A stretch of 64,000 bases of DNA, from positions 169,694,001-169,758,000 of the forward strand of contig OX597815.1 of the NCBI GenBank assembly GCA_951406725.2. The letters are read 5' to 3'. The notes beneath the pieces are model-generated. The model worked only from the letters and a program-made list of their open reading frames with translations, was not told the DNA's origin and ran no database searches. This document shows, one piece after another, positions 26,554 to 40,123 of the stretch. Made by a program: the position numbers and the translations under genes. The stretch is from Octopus vulgaris. Lineage: Eukaryota. Numbering within the stretch: position 1 is the stretch's first letter; every line of letters starts with the position of its first letter.

Positions 26554-27099
26554 TTATTTTTATTGTCTCCCGGGTAACGTTATAAAGTGATTTATTTCAC
26601 ATCAATGTCAATTTATAATCGTTTGCAATTTATTTCCCTAACGATTCCTCTTTTCCACTTTTTTTGTTTTCCTGTCTGCCTGCCCCTGCACACACACACA
26701 CACACGCACACACATACACACACACACATACACACACACACACACACGCACACACACATACACACACATGCATCTATATATATATTATAAATATACAATA
26801 CATGAAAGAAATATATAGATGTATTACATATATGTAATATATTTATATACTATATATAACACACGTGCACACATGCACACACGCACACACATGCATGCAT
26901 ACACACATGCATGCATACACTCATGCACACAGGCACATTTAATAATAGCCGATATAAACGTTGGTTGATTAATTGGTTTATGTATGGTGTGCAAACAATA
27001 CAGCTACTTGTATGCATACATTAATACACACGCAAGTAGTATACCTGAAATATAGCTTACATAGAAAAGAAGAGAGAGAAAAAAATTAAAACGCATGCA

Positions 27100-27570
27100 C
27101 AGAGGAAATTCGATCAACTGTCCACTTGAGCAAACTCGACCAATTGTCTCCACGAAAATGCTATTAACTTTCCAGTTGAGAAAATTCAGACAACTGTCTA
27201 CCAGAGCAAATTTGATCAACTGTCCTCTAGCGCAAATTCAATCAATTGTCTTCCCAAGCAAATTCAATCATTCGTCCACTTGTGCAAATTAGATCAACTG
27301 TCTACTTGATTAAATTCGATCAATTGTCCCCTAAAGTAAATTCGACCAAATTATTCTCCAGAGCAAATTCGACCAAATTATTCTCCAGAGCAAATTCGAC
27401 CAAATTATTCTCTAGAGAAAATTCGACCCGCTGTCCATTTGATAAAATTCGATTAGCTGTCCTCCAGGGTAAATTCGATCATATACCCTCTTGTACAAAT
27501 TAAATCACCTGTCCAACAGAAGAAATTCGATCAATTGTTCACATGGTCAAATTCGATCGACTATTTGCCA
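27100..27570. repeat. Diverged ~27-bp minisatellite
   Basis: Recurring (GC)AAATTCGA(T/C)CAA(C/T)TGTC, with near-exact GAGCAAATTCGACCAAATTATTCTCCA copies at about 27334-27428. Confidence 0.88.
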
Positions 27571-30244
27571 GAACTCGACAATCCAGTGCAATTTTGCAGC
27601 AACATAGTTTGTGCACCCAGGGAAATTTTAATTGAATTCACACTTAAAGGGATGAAAATAATCATTATCTAAATGATCAGTTATGGTTGGAAAACTATAT
27701 GGAAGACAATCTCCTAATCAAAATCAATTAAAACTGCATGTGAAATGTAGTGGCTCACTTCACCAAGCATGCTAGTATACACTTTTGTATGCTGGCATTA
27801 TTATGTTTTCATTATTATGTTTTCATGGTGCATCCCTCGGTATCTTAAAATTGTCTGAGATTGGTGCAAGACTTGAAATTAAGGGCCTAGTCAGTCGATT
27901 ACATCGACTCAAGTACTAGAATGCTACTTTATTTTATTGATTGCGAAAGGTAGAAAGGAAAATTTAACTTCGGCGAGATTTGAACTCGGAGCCCGAACGT
28001 ATAGAGGCAAGGTATTTTGTCCGACGTTCTGAGAATGCCGTGTTAGTCTGCCTTCATTCACAACCCCACCAATATCTTTTTAGTCCTCTACGATTAACAG
28101 TCATGGACAGATTAAGCTTTAAATCGGAGGGTTAATAAGAATGAAACACGATCGGAGTTACCTCTGCTCTGCTCAACATTAGATTTTCTCTACACTATAT
28201 TCTATTTGTAATAAATTTCACTTATTTTTTACCAGAATTAATCAGCCTATACATAGTAGCAATTCACTGCATACCCTCATGATATGCTGATATATTCATA
28301 TCCCAAAATATGAGCAAACATGTACACACGAACGTATACACAAAATACGATATCGTACATAGCAGCTAACAGAAAAAATCGTACACACAGAAGCATAAAT
28401 CGTAGCACCACTGTCCCCTATCACCTCAATGGTTACCACCAACAATAATATTGCCCCCAGTATCAACACCATCAACACCATCGCCAACATCGGCCATCAC
28501 ATAGGCGAAGCCTCTCTATGGCAGAACAACCGGTTAGAAATACCAGCCAAACCTCTCTCAAATCACCTTTTAAATGGTTTAAAAAAAAACAAGAGCGCAT
28601 TGGAGAATGTTGTCAGAAGGTAAACTATCGGAATAAAAGGCGGGAGGGTTACGGCTGGAATACTTTTGATCATAGTTCTAAACTGGAATTAATCAGTAAC
28701 TAAAACAACAGTGAATTTTGGAGTGAGTCCATATGTAGGATGAAAGGCAATGTTGACCTTGGTGGAATTTGAACTCAGAACGTTGAGGCAGACAAAAAGC
28801 CGCTAAGCATTTTGCTCGTCGTGTTAATGACTCTGCAAGCTCGCCACCTTAACAACGATAATAATAGCTCAATCAGCATTAGTGGCTTAGCGTTGTCTCA
28901 GAAGCAGAGGAATTTGTTAGAAATCATTTAATATTATATTATCTTCCTACATTTTTTTTATGCCCAACTTCAATATTATATTGTTAAAATCAAATCAAGT
29001 GTTTGACATTTTAGGAGAATTCTTCTAACGGTTAATTAACATTATTGAAAAACAGGAGTAAATGTGAGTTGTGAAGTTTCGCACTTTTGCTAAGGACATT
29101 AAGGAAGAAACAAAAGTCAACTAGAATAACGAGAAACAATAGGAACTAGAAACCAGTCGCAGATTTGACACATTATAAAAAATGATCTTTCTACTCAACT
29201 GTGTTAACATTAAAAAACTAAAAAAAAACTAAAAATAAGAATAAAAATAAAACGGTACTACTGAAAAAAAGCAAGTGTTGTCAGAAAAGTACAAATTAAG
29301 AATCTAAATGAAAATAAAATTGCTGCTATGAGTTTACACTATTAAATATTAAGCTTCGCAAACAAAATAAATGGGAGGAAAAAAACCCCTGCAAAATACT
29401 CCCCATCTCCCCAGGAAAATAACGTTTTCGTAGATAATGATTTCCAGCTATCCCTGTCTGCGACATCATGTGCACGAAAATGAGATAATTACCTACACAG
29501 TATTCGATCCTTGGCAAGAACATTCAGGACACGCCAGTCCAGGGCTGCTGATATGCTCTCTTAGCCACCTGTTGAGGGTCTGAAGGTGACCTCCTCTGAT
29601 TTGAATCAACGTTACTGGACGTACCTCATTAGTTTTATCAGTTATACTTTTTTTGTGCTGGTTTGGGGCATGTTGAAAGAGGGTATTAATTTTGGAGCTT
29701 TTCTTCTCCCAGATAGATTGCTTTCACCTCAGCTAACGAGCTCAATTTATATTTACAAAAATCTATTTCACCCATAGATAGTACCGACCCTGGAGGATGG
29801 AAGGCAAAAGTGACCTCTACGGAATTTGATCTTGGAAGACCTTTTGTTCAACGATTCTGTTAATCTGCCTCCGTCATTAATAGTAATAGCTTCTAATTTA
29901 GGCATAAAGCCAGGAGCATTGAAGGGAGGGAAATTAATTGATAACATTGAACCTAGTAATTCTGTCACCCCATCGCCTTTTGTTTTCATGAGGAATGTGA
30001 GCTAGCGTGGTAGCATTCAAGTGGTTTGTTAGAAATAGCAAACAAGTCTCTGCCATTCATAAATCACACACAACTGCTTTAAACAAGGAAGGATATATTT
30101 ACAGAGCAGCAATGAGGATGGTGAAGGCATGTTGCACTCACTAGATCGTGGGTTTGATTCTGGAGCGGGGCGAGTGGTGCATGGTGTTCTTGAGCAAAAC
30201 ACTTTATTTCGCGCTGCTCTGCAGGTAAGAAAGTAGCAGAATCG

Positions 30245-30660
30245 TTGGCACGAGCTGGCAGAGTCGTTAGCACGCCGGGCGAAATGCGTAGCCGTATTTC
30301 GTCTGCCGTTACGTTCTGAGTTCAAATTCTGCCGAAGTCGACTTTGCCTTTCATCCTTTCGGAGTCGATTAAATAAGTACCAGTTAAGCACTGGGGTCGA
30401 TATAATCGACTTAATCCGTTTGTCTGTCCTTGTTTATTCTCTCTGTGTTTAGCCCCTTGTTGGTAGTAAAGAAATAGGTATTTCGTCTGCTGTTACTTTT
30501 CTGAGTTCAAATTCCGCCGAGGTCGGCTTTGCCTTTCATCCTTTCGGGGTCAATAAATTAAGTACCAGTTATGCACTGGAGTCGATATAATCGACTTAAT
30601 CCGTTTGTCTGCCTTTGTTTGTCCCCTCTGTGTTTAGCCCCTTGTGGGCAATAAAAAAAA
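30245..30660 (+). mobile_element. SINE family A, dimeric body, interrupting a family C SINE head
   Basis: Same head and repeated body as 10706-11123, with an A-rich end. A family C head lies at about 30130-30225. Confidence 0.82.
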
Positions 30661-30734
30661 AGAAAAAGGCACGTCGGCAGAAATGCTTTACAGTATATCT
30701 TTTGGCACCCTCTGATGCCTGTCCCTACCTGAGT

Positions 30735-31050
30735 GAGCTGGTATTTCAACTGGTCTTTGAATCGCCTACTTGGGGTTCTCCTCTGTCTGTTTGCACTGGC
30801 TGAGCTTGTAGAATACGGCTATTGGCCATCTTGATTTGCCCATGCGTGTGACGAGTCCTGCCCTTCTGAGCATTTTGTGTAGCAGCATAGTATCACTGCT
30901 GGGGACGTTGGTCAGTTGGAAGACTTTGTCGTTAGTGACGTGTACCTTCCGTGAGATGTCTATGATGGAATGAAGGCATCTCTGGTGGAAGCGTTCCAGA
31001 AGCTTGACCTGTACAGCATCAAAGCTTCTGACCCATAGAGAAGAGTAGAC
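30735..31050 (-). mobile_element. RTE-clade LINE fragment (decayed)
   Basis: The minus strand gives STLLYGSE, then after a frame change KLLERFHQRCLHSI...VTNDKV...LRRAGLVTRM. Confidence 0.78.
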
Positions 31051-34000
31051 TTTAGCTTAAACAGATCTGAGGAATGAGATTATGAGAAATGTTAAATATT
31101 GGTCTATGGCTTTGAAACACGATCATTTTACAGATACCAATTTAAATGCCAAGAATCTTTCGATCAAAGTTATCTGTAGTCTCTATTGGAAACAGTGTGG
31201 AATAAATGCTAAATTTAATTTAGATCATTGTAATAATGAAAATATGAATTGTAAGTCTGCACTAGTTACATCGAATAGTAATGTTGAATGCTTAGCAAAG
31301 CTATTTGATGTATCACTAATTGAAAATAGGTGTTATTTAAATCATTTCTAAAACAATTAATGTATATATGCTTCATATATATAATTAGCCAATTCAGTCA
31401 ATAAATATAATTAGTGGGCATGATTAATATATTGGTTTCTTGTTGAATGGACAGTTATCATTATATATTTCAGTGGAAATGGAAATCATTATGTGAAAAG
31501 TTCATGATTTTACTACCAGTTGTAACAACGGAAGTGAAAAGAAATTACTTTAGCCAGGAATGGAAGACCGGTTGTAGATTCCACTCGCAAGAAGTTTAAT
31601 TCATACTCCATGCCATCTACTCATTTAATTTGTATAATACATGGACAGACATTGGCATTTATCCATTCAAAAGACGATAAAATATGCATTAGTAATACAC
31701 TGGAATCAATTCTGTAAACATTACTCTTCACTTTGTGTGTCCGGAAAAATTAACAGTATATTAATAGCATATTATTACTATTATCAATTTTATTAAGGCC
31801 GTGAGTTGGCAGAATCGCTAGCATACCGGGCAAAATGGTTAACGGCATTTCGTCCATCTTATGTTCTAGGTTCTAATTTCACCGCGGTCAGCTTTACCTT
31901 TCATCCTTTTGGATCGATAAAATAAGTACCAGTTGGCATTGGAGTCGATATAATCGACTAGCCCCGCCCCAAATTACAGGTCTTTGTCTTATAGTAGAAA
32001 GGGTTACTATCAAGGCGGTGAGCCGGCAGATTCGTTAACACGCAGTACAAATGCGTAGTGACATTTCGTCCAGATCTTTACGTTCTGAGTTCAAATGCCA
32101 CCGAAGTCGAGTTTGCCTTTCATTCTCTCGTAGTCGACAAAATAAAATATTGGGGTCAATGTAATCGACTCTCCTCCCCTATCCTCAAAATCGTTGGCAT
32201 TGTGCCAAAATTAGTAAGATTTATTATAATTATTTTCTGTACAATACATATGATTTTCGTTGCACAGGTTTACAACGGCTCGTGAACAAATACTAACAGA
32301 TGTTCTTCTGTCTATCTATCTATCTATCTATCTGTCTATCTTTAAATAGCTTTTGTTGCTTAAATATTTTGAAATGTTTTAATTACGAGGTAACTTGATA
32401 TGATTAAATTTGATTAGAGAGACAAAGGATGTGAAGTGTGAATCCAGTCTTTGATTTATATAGAAAACAACACGATATATGTGTACATTGAGTTCATTCT
32501 GTCTTCCTAGAGTGTTCCTGCTGTGTTGTAATTTACCATTATATCCCACTTCATGACGATACTCTTGTAATTTGTTTCTCGAAGCCAGTTAAGCGAACCT
32601 AGAACATTGAATTTATTTGCATATGAAATGTTTTCATGTATGTTGGAAGGCAGGAGGCTGAACTGGATGCTAGAATTGCAGGTGTTGGCACAGTTATGCG
32701 CCAGCTCTAGCATTCCATCCTCAGAAGAGGAGATGTTGGCAAAAATACCAAACTCGCTATCTTTAATTCAGTTTACGTGCTTGTCTTTACTTGTAGTCAT
32801 CGATGTTGGGTAATGACCGAAAGAATACGAGAGCGAATACAAGCGGACGAAATGAGGTTCCCTCAAAGGATTTCTACAGCAACGTTTATTTGACAGAGTA
32901 CATAGCTTGAAGATCAACGAATCGCTTCAGGTCGAACCGCTACTTCTCCTCACTGTAATATCACAGCTCCGGTACTACAGAAATGTGATTAGAAAGCTGC
33001 AGGAAAGAATTTCAAGACGGATTCTTTAAGTTGAGCCAACCGGGAGTCACACTTAGGAATCCGGCCAGAAAGTTTAATGGCGATTACTTCTGATAGGACT
33101 CTATGAAGGACGATTCTCTATATATGACCTTTCTAGGAAGTGTGGGCGGAGAAGATGGATGGATGGATGAATGGATGGATGAATAGATGGATGGATCGAT
33201 CGATGGATGAATAGATGGATGGATCTATCGATGGATAAATGGATGGATGCATGAATGTGTATGGATGTAGGGATAGATGGATGGATAGATGGATGAACAG
33301 AAGAACGGATGGATGAATGGATGTATGTATGGATGGATGGATAAATGAATAGCTGGATGAATGGATGGCTAGATAAATGGATGGCTGGCTGAATGGATGG
33401 ACGGATGTTTCTCACATTTGTTATTGAAACAGAAAAACACCAAGAAGTCAGACATAGGTCACTTGACATCTGCTGTATTTTCATGAGTTTCGAAGAACAC
33501 ATGTTTACATCGTCGATATAACTACTTATTGTTTTTGATTAGGAAGGTTTTGGTTTCTAATATTCCTTTTTGTTTTTTAAGGTTGAGAGTGTTGCAATTC
33601 CTTATCTAAATTTCTCGTGAAATATCTCAGCTGAAACTCTTGTAGCAGATATGGTCGTAGTCAAAACCATTTACTTTTTTTATCTGACATCTTACCCAAT
33701 ATTGTACCTGCCATAGCATCATCTGAAGCACCACTGCTTTGTAAATATCTTAGTGTTATTGTGTATGTTCTTCGTGTAACAGAGAACGTAGATTGTTACT
33801 TAGTACATCAATGTGAATATAACCATTGACGCTATCAGCCACGAGCAATAATATACGGTATATTTGTTTACACACACTCACGTATGTTATATGTATGCTA
33901 TATATGTTATGTATATCTGAGTGCGTGTGTAATAATCGCACACACAATTTTTCCTATAAAAGTAATCATATATATTTGTATGTGTGTGTGTGTGTATCTA

Positions 34001-34420
34001 GATAAGCAACAAGGTTTCTTGTAACCGATATGAATTCACTCTTGTTTTTCTTTTCTTTCACAGTGTTTTCCTAGCAACGCAAGAATAGTTCTCTGTTGAA
34101 GAGAAAATATTATTTTGTTAGAGTTTAGGCTTATAGAATTACATGTTTATTCTATATATATATATATATACACATACATATATGTATGTGTGTATAGATA
34201 TATAGATATGTATATACATAGATGTTTATATCATCGAATCAATAAATTCATATTAATTTCAATCTTCGCCTCAAGGGCTTCATATTTATCAGAGAAGTAG
34301 AATAAATGTAATTGACTGCAGTACTTCTCTGGTAATTATTTTCCATCTCCAGAAGGATCAAAGACTACGTAAACAACACGAGATTTGAACCGAGAAACTG
34401 AAAGGACCTTGTTCAATATT

Positions 34421-34993
34421 CTTTTCTACTCTAGGCACAAGGCCCGAAATTTTTAGGAAGAGAACCAGTCGATTAGATCGACCCCAGTACGCAACTGGTA
34501 CTTAATTTATCGACTCCGAAAGGATGAAAGGGAAAGTCGACCTTGGCGGAATTTGAACTCAGAGCGTAGCGGCAGACGAAATACCTATTTCTTTACTACC
34601 CACAAGGGGTTAAACACAGAGAGGACAAACAAGGGCAGACAAACGGATTAAGTCAATTATATTGACCCCAGTGCGTAACTGGTACTTATTTAATCGACCC
34701 CGCAAAGTTGACCTCGGCGGAATTTGAACTCAGAACGTAGCGGCAGACGATATACCTATTTCTTTACTGCCTACAAGGGGCTAAACAGAGAGAGGACAAA
34801 CAAGAATAGACAAACGGATTAAGTCGACTACATCGACTCCAGTGTGTAACTGGTATTTAATTTATCGACCCCGAAATGATGAAAGGCAAAGTTGACCTCG
34901 GCGGAATTTAAACTCAGAACGTAGCGGCAGACGATATACCGCTAAGCATTTCGCCCGGCGTGCTAACGATTCTGCCAGCTCGCCGCCTTGTAT
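34421..34993 (-). mobile_element. SINE family A, trimeric body
   Basis: 13-bp TSD CTTGTTCAATATT (34408-34420 and 34994-35006). Three head-to-tail body units share one head. Confidence 0.88.
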
Positions 34994-37058
34994 CTTGTTC
35001 AATATTGCAGAGTGGTATTACGTCGGATGTTCTACAGATTATTGTCATTGACTGCTTTTAACAGCTGTTTATATTTATTACTTGTAAGGTGGCGAGCTGG
35101 CAGAATCGTTAACGCATCGGACAAAATACTTAGCGGGATGTCTTCGGGTTTTCAACTTCTGGGTTCAAATTTCACCGCGGTCAAATTTCCAGCGATGGTA
35201 TTATTCTAGGTTACGTTGATCTGCGATGGAGAAGCAATGAGAGAAAAGTCACCCCTTTAAGAAGAAACCAAACTAAAATCATCATCATCATCATCATTGT
35301 TCGACCGTGGTCGAGACTTATAGTCTTTTCAAATGGCTAATAATGTGTGCGCGCCCCACAACTACACACATTGGAAAGCATTGTACAACCAAGTACTAAA
35401 GAAGATCTTTCCTCCTCCATGAGGAACTAAAATAATATGCCACTCGATGAGGAAGCAAAATAAATGATTTGTGCTCCAACTTAGCAGTTCTCCTGATCCG
35501 ATATGAAAGGAATTAGAAATTTAATGGGATTTTAAGTTGTTATTTTTCGCATATTTTTGTTGAGAAATCCCAAGTTAAATTTTGTCAAAGCAATTTGTAA
35601 TTCAATGAGCAGACCGCTCGTTTAGGGAGTAACCCAGATTTTATTTTTAGTGATATTTGAACCGAATATTTAGTGTTACCTACAGCAAACTTGGTACTCT
35701 GGTATATAATCTATGAAAAGGAAAGTAAGAAGAGAATAATTTTAAATATATAGTGAAAAGCTAAATTTAGAACGTAGGGCTATTTATTTCTCACTATTTG
35801 TAATATATATTATGTTTAGTTTTTATCAGAATTTTATATCATTACATCAGCCCCCCACCCACTTCCTTCGCAAAAGTATATTAAAAAAGTAGAAATCTTT
35901 CGTCTGAAATTAAATAGACGGAAAATAGATTTAATTTTATTTCTCGTTTTATTGGTAAATATCGATTTGAAACACACACACACACACACATCCAAACTCA
36001 CATTTTGAGAACATATGTAAGTAGGAAAAGCTATTATATTTAAAACTGACATATAAACATATTCACACATTTTAAAAGTATGATGTTGATATTCACAAAT
36101 TATACCATAAAATGAAGTCTATTCTATTTTAATTTTCTTAAAAAATAATATTGAATTCAAATTCAAATGGAGAAAACTTAACTATGGCATGAACCGTTAG
36201 GTATTCTAAAATTGGATATTAATAGATTTCTTGCAACGAAATGTAAACTTAATTTAGTGAACTAACATAACAATTTTAATCTAAATAATCCTCCTCTGCA
36301 TAAAAGGAATGGGTTTTGCACTTATTGCTCGCCAAGAACACGCAGCCATTCACACACATTTGCGTAGATACGAATGCATTCGCAGAACAATAAATATATA
36401 AAGACAAAAATTTTCTCTCGCAGAGATATATAATCAGAGGATGTGATATCTTGGAAATAATTTGATTCTTAATTTTAGTTTTAGTTGACTTACACTTGTG
36501 GAATGATTGGCAATGATTGGCAACTATAAAAATGAAATTAAAAAAACAAACAAGCGAAAAACCAAACCAAACCTTTTCTCTGTCGATTTCCTTAGAGAAT
36601 TCTTATCCGGTTATTATTTATAACTTTAATAATAGTATCAGCATTTTTCTTGTTTACTTCTACAAACCAGTGTAGTTCTATTGATTTTTCAATTTCCCAT
36701 ATTTAGTTTTATCACAGATGAAGATAATTATTATCTGTTCTTTGTTAAGAATAGTTAAAAATGTAGGTTTTCCATTATTGATTTCATTGGCCTTGGTACA
36801 AAGGCGGCATATTTCAGTGGAAGAGATTCAAAAGTTGTGATTATCATGCTTCAAAGGGAACAGAAGCAGCAGAAGTTTAGCGAATCGGATTCAAACGGAA
36901 ATTGAAACTGCGTGACAGATGAGGTTTGTTTTTAACGTCATCTGTCTTGCTGCTCTGGCAAAGCCAACAATAGTAAAAAACACGGGCATCGTCTACCTTA
37001 CAGTCAAGAATTCCATTCATAATAGAACAAACCCGGAGAACAAACCCGGTAGAAAAAA

Positions 37059-37605
37059 ATGTATTCAGACCTTAGCGAGTATGAACTGTCCTCAGCGGAG
37101 GAGGAACTCGTTAAAGCGGTAAATAGAATGAACGAGCATTTGGAAAGAGTAAAGAGTTTTGCTGAGGCTGCAGAGGTGGAGAAAAAGGAGGTGGACCTAG
37201 CCGGACTGAAGGAGCTGAGTAAAATGACACAGAAGGTGAGTGGTGACGTAAAGTTATTACTCCCCAAAAGGTTTATGGAAAATATGGAAAAGACCACTAC
37301 CTACAAGGTGTACTCAGTGGAGAGAAGGAAAGTGGAGCGGGTGGAGATGGAATAAGTAGAAAAAGCATTGAAGGGGGCTTTCGAAGGAAGTGACATACAT
37401 AACGAAAGGAAATGGATATGGGGCCGTGGTTGTCCAGTTTATGACAGCGGAGGAGGAAAAGAGGCTGGCTAGTGCAACTGTAAAAACGGAGGAAATGGTA
37501 CTTCTACCTACGTACCTTGGAAGAAAGGCTTCTAAGGCGAGGGTTGAAGAAAACCTACCCGATATAGAAGTAGCTTGTGTTGCAGTAGCTGTGAGTGGAG
37601 TTTGA
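37059..37605 (+). pseudogene. Decayed ORF1-like coding fragment, probably from an L1/Tx1-type LINE
   Basis: Two purine-rich ORFs (98 aa and 71 aa) join into one protein (...ERVEME*VEKALKG/LSKEVTYITKG...LLPTYLGRK) by reading through one stop (37353-37355) and one extra G in GGGGG near 37373. The N-terminal half is coiled-coil-like. The clade assignment is inference. Confidence 0.55.
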
Positions 37606-38872
37606 AGAGTGAATGGACTTTGAAGACGGAAACTGAAAGAAGCCCGTCGTACACAAGCACAGACACATGCACACACACATTATATATGTCTGTTTCGTGT
37701 GTGTTCTTGTGTTTGACCTCCTCATCGCTTGAAAGCCGGTGTTGGTCTGTTTACGTTCCCGTAACTTAGAAACCAATATAATATGTAGCCGTGTTTAGAA
37801 AATAATGAGTACTGGGGGTAGATTTATTCGACTATAAACTCTTCAAGGCGTTGCCCCAGCATGGCCGCAGTCCAATGACTGAAACAAGTCAATGATATAA
37901 GACAGGCTTGACTGTAAAAGATCGAGTAACAAATAAAGAGACTTAGTATTTGCTACTGTTACGAGAAATATGATTTAAAACCGAAATACACATATTTGTG
38001 CCTATTTCAGACTTACTACTTATATTTTCGTATAGGAGATGTATTCACGTAATGACTAACACGGTTTCCCAAACTAGCAGAACAAGAATGAAGAATTTGT
38101 ATGACGAGATATTTGGATCTATAATAATTATGAAGTTAAACTCTTTATGTGTTATGAATGATGTTTAATTCAACAAGTCTTATCAAATGTTCAACCGCAG
38201 TTAGAATGTATGGTTTACATAGCTATTAATTCTCTATTAAATAGTGATGAAACCATTTACACTCAGAGTAGTTATATAATATAATAGTTTAATCCCAGAT
38301 AAGCTTTGTGTACAAGTGTGTTGAATATGTTTAAGAGAGACTAACAGTATGTTGCGGTACCCGTTTGTTTCATGTAGTTGCTATTCATATGTATAGCGGG
38401 AGTGATACGGGCAGATATTTTCCTGATTAATGAGACACATATCCGGTTAATTTATTCCGTGATGTTATTTGCTTGGCCAAGTCAAAGAGCTATGAAGCCT
38501 CCATTCAATTATATTAACGTAACGACTACATTATTTAGTGCTAAATGCATGGACTGAACTGTATTAACGGCCGCTGTATGCTAACCATAAGTAATAAGCT
38601 CTGACAGCTGACAAGCTGTTTAAAAGTACACTAGTCGCATCATAACGAACTGAAGTTAAACAGATCAATGAATCAATCAGCTATCCTTACACTATGTCAT
38701 GTTGAGTTTCAAACGTTGATTCACACGATAAGATACGAAGACAATAATTAGTTTCTCTACACGACAACGTACAATCACGTTACATCGTAATGACGTAGTA
38801 TTTATCAATTGAATTAGTACCCCCCTGTAGAGAGCTGTTGTCGGCATGTAGTAGTAGTGGTGGTGGTGGTTT

Positions 38873-38917
<45 letters not shown>

Positions 38918-39124
38918 ACGTAGTTGTAGTATAGTCCCAGGTCAGCTCTGATGGAACAGACTTATCAAGAGAATTCCAGCCACGGCCATTTTGACTTTCG
39001 TTTATCAAGCAATGGCTGCTCTTTCTAGTAAGTTGAGCGACTACGTAGTGATGTCTTTACTGACCAGTTGTTATGATATCTAACTACCAGCATAAAGTTC
39101 ACGTTTCGTATTCTATCTTTAATA

Positions 39125-39357
39125 CAGTAGATCTCAACCATTAAAAAAAAATATATGGACCCCTTTAATTAATTATTTTGATAGACCCCCGTCCCTAGCC
39201 ATTCGTTGTTTAAAAACTAGTTTTACTGCTAATTCTTTCAAATTTTTTTTATGGACTCCTAATTCACCATTTTACTTGCGTGACCTCTACCGCCTATCTT
39301 ATATAAAATCTTATATAACCACGTAGAGGTCATATGGATCCTAAATGAGAACCATTA
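39125..39357. mobile_element. hAT-like MITE, old
   Basis: CAGTAGATCTCAACC ... TGAGAACCATTA resemble CAGTGGTTCTCAA/TTGAGAACCACTG terminal repeats, with subterminal GGACCCC motifs. Confidence 0.5.
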
Positions 39358-39423
39358 CTCACGTTTTTCAGGAAAAAAAAACGAATAAAAAATAAACCAA
39401 GACAAAACAAGTAACCCACAATT

Positions 39424-39478
<55 letters not shown>

Positions 39479-39740
39479 CCAACAGCAGCAGTGGCAACAG
39501 CAGTGGCATCAGCAGCAGCAACAGCAACAACCGCGAGAATGATATCAAGATAAATTATAACTAAAAACCCCTATGGATATCATGCCGTAAAATAATACTT
39601 AAACACTCGTTATTATGCAGCCATGAGATAAACCGACAACTTCACTGAGATATTGATTGCGATGTATCTTTAACGAGGTGTTCGGCATTTCCTTTACGCA
39701 GTATCTTCTCCATATTTCTCTAGATCCTCTTTCACTATAA

Positions 39741-39826
<86 letters not shown>

Positions 39827-39850
39827 CCTATCTGTCTGTCTGTCTGTTTA

Positions 39851-39885
<35 letters not shown>

Positions 39886-40123
39886 TACACATTTGCTCTT
39901 TTACTTGTTTCAGTCATTTGACTGCGGCCATGCTGGAGCACCGCCTTTAGTCGAGCAAATCGACCCCAGGACTTATTCTTTGTAAGCCTAGTACTTATTC
40001 TATCGGTCTCTTTTGCCGAACCGCTAAGTTACGGGGACGTAAACACACCAGCATCGGTTGTCAAGTGATGTTGGGGGGACAAACACAGACACGCAAACAC
40101 ACACACACATATATATACATATA

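Noticed and set aside
32810-33110. Possible solo LTR
   Set aside because: No clear TG...CA ends, TSD or second copy in the window.
34040-34120. Strong polypyrimidine tract plus CAG, a possible splice acceptor at 34063
   Set aside because: There is no convincing donor or coding frame, so an exon cannot be supported without transcript data.
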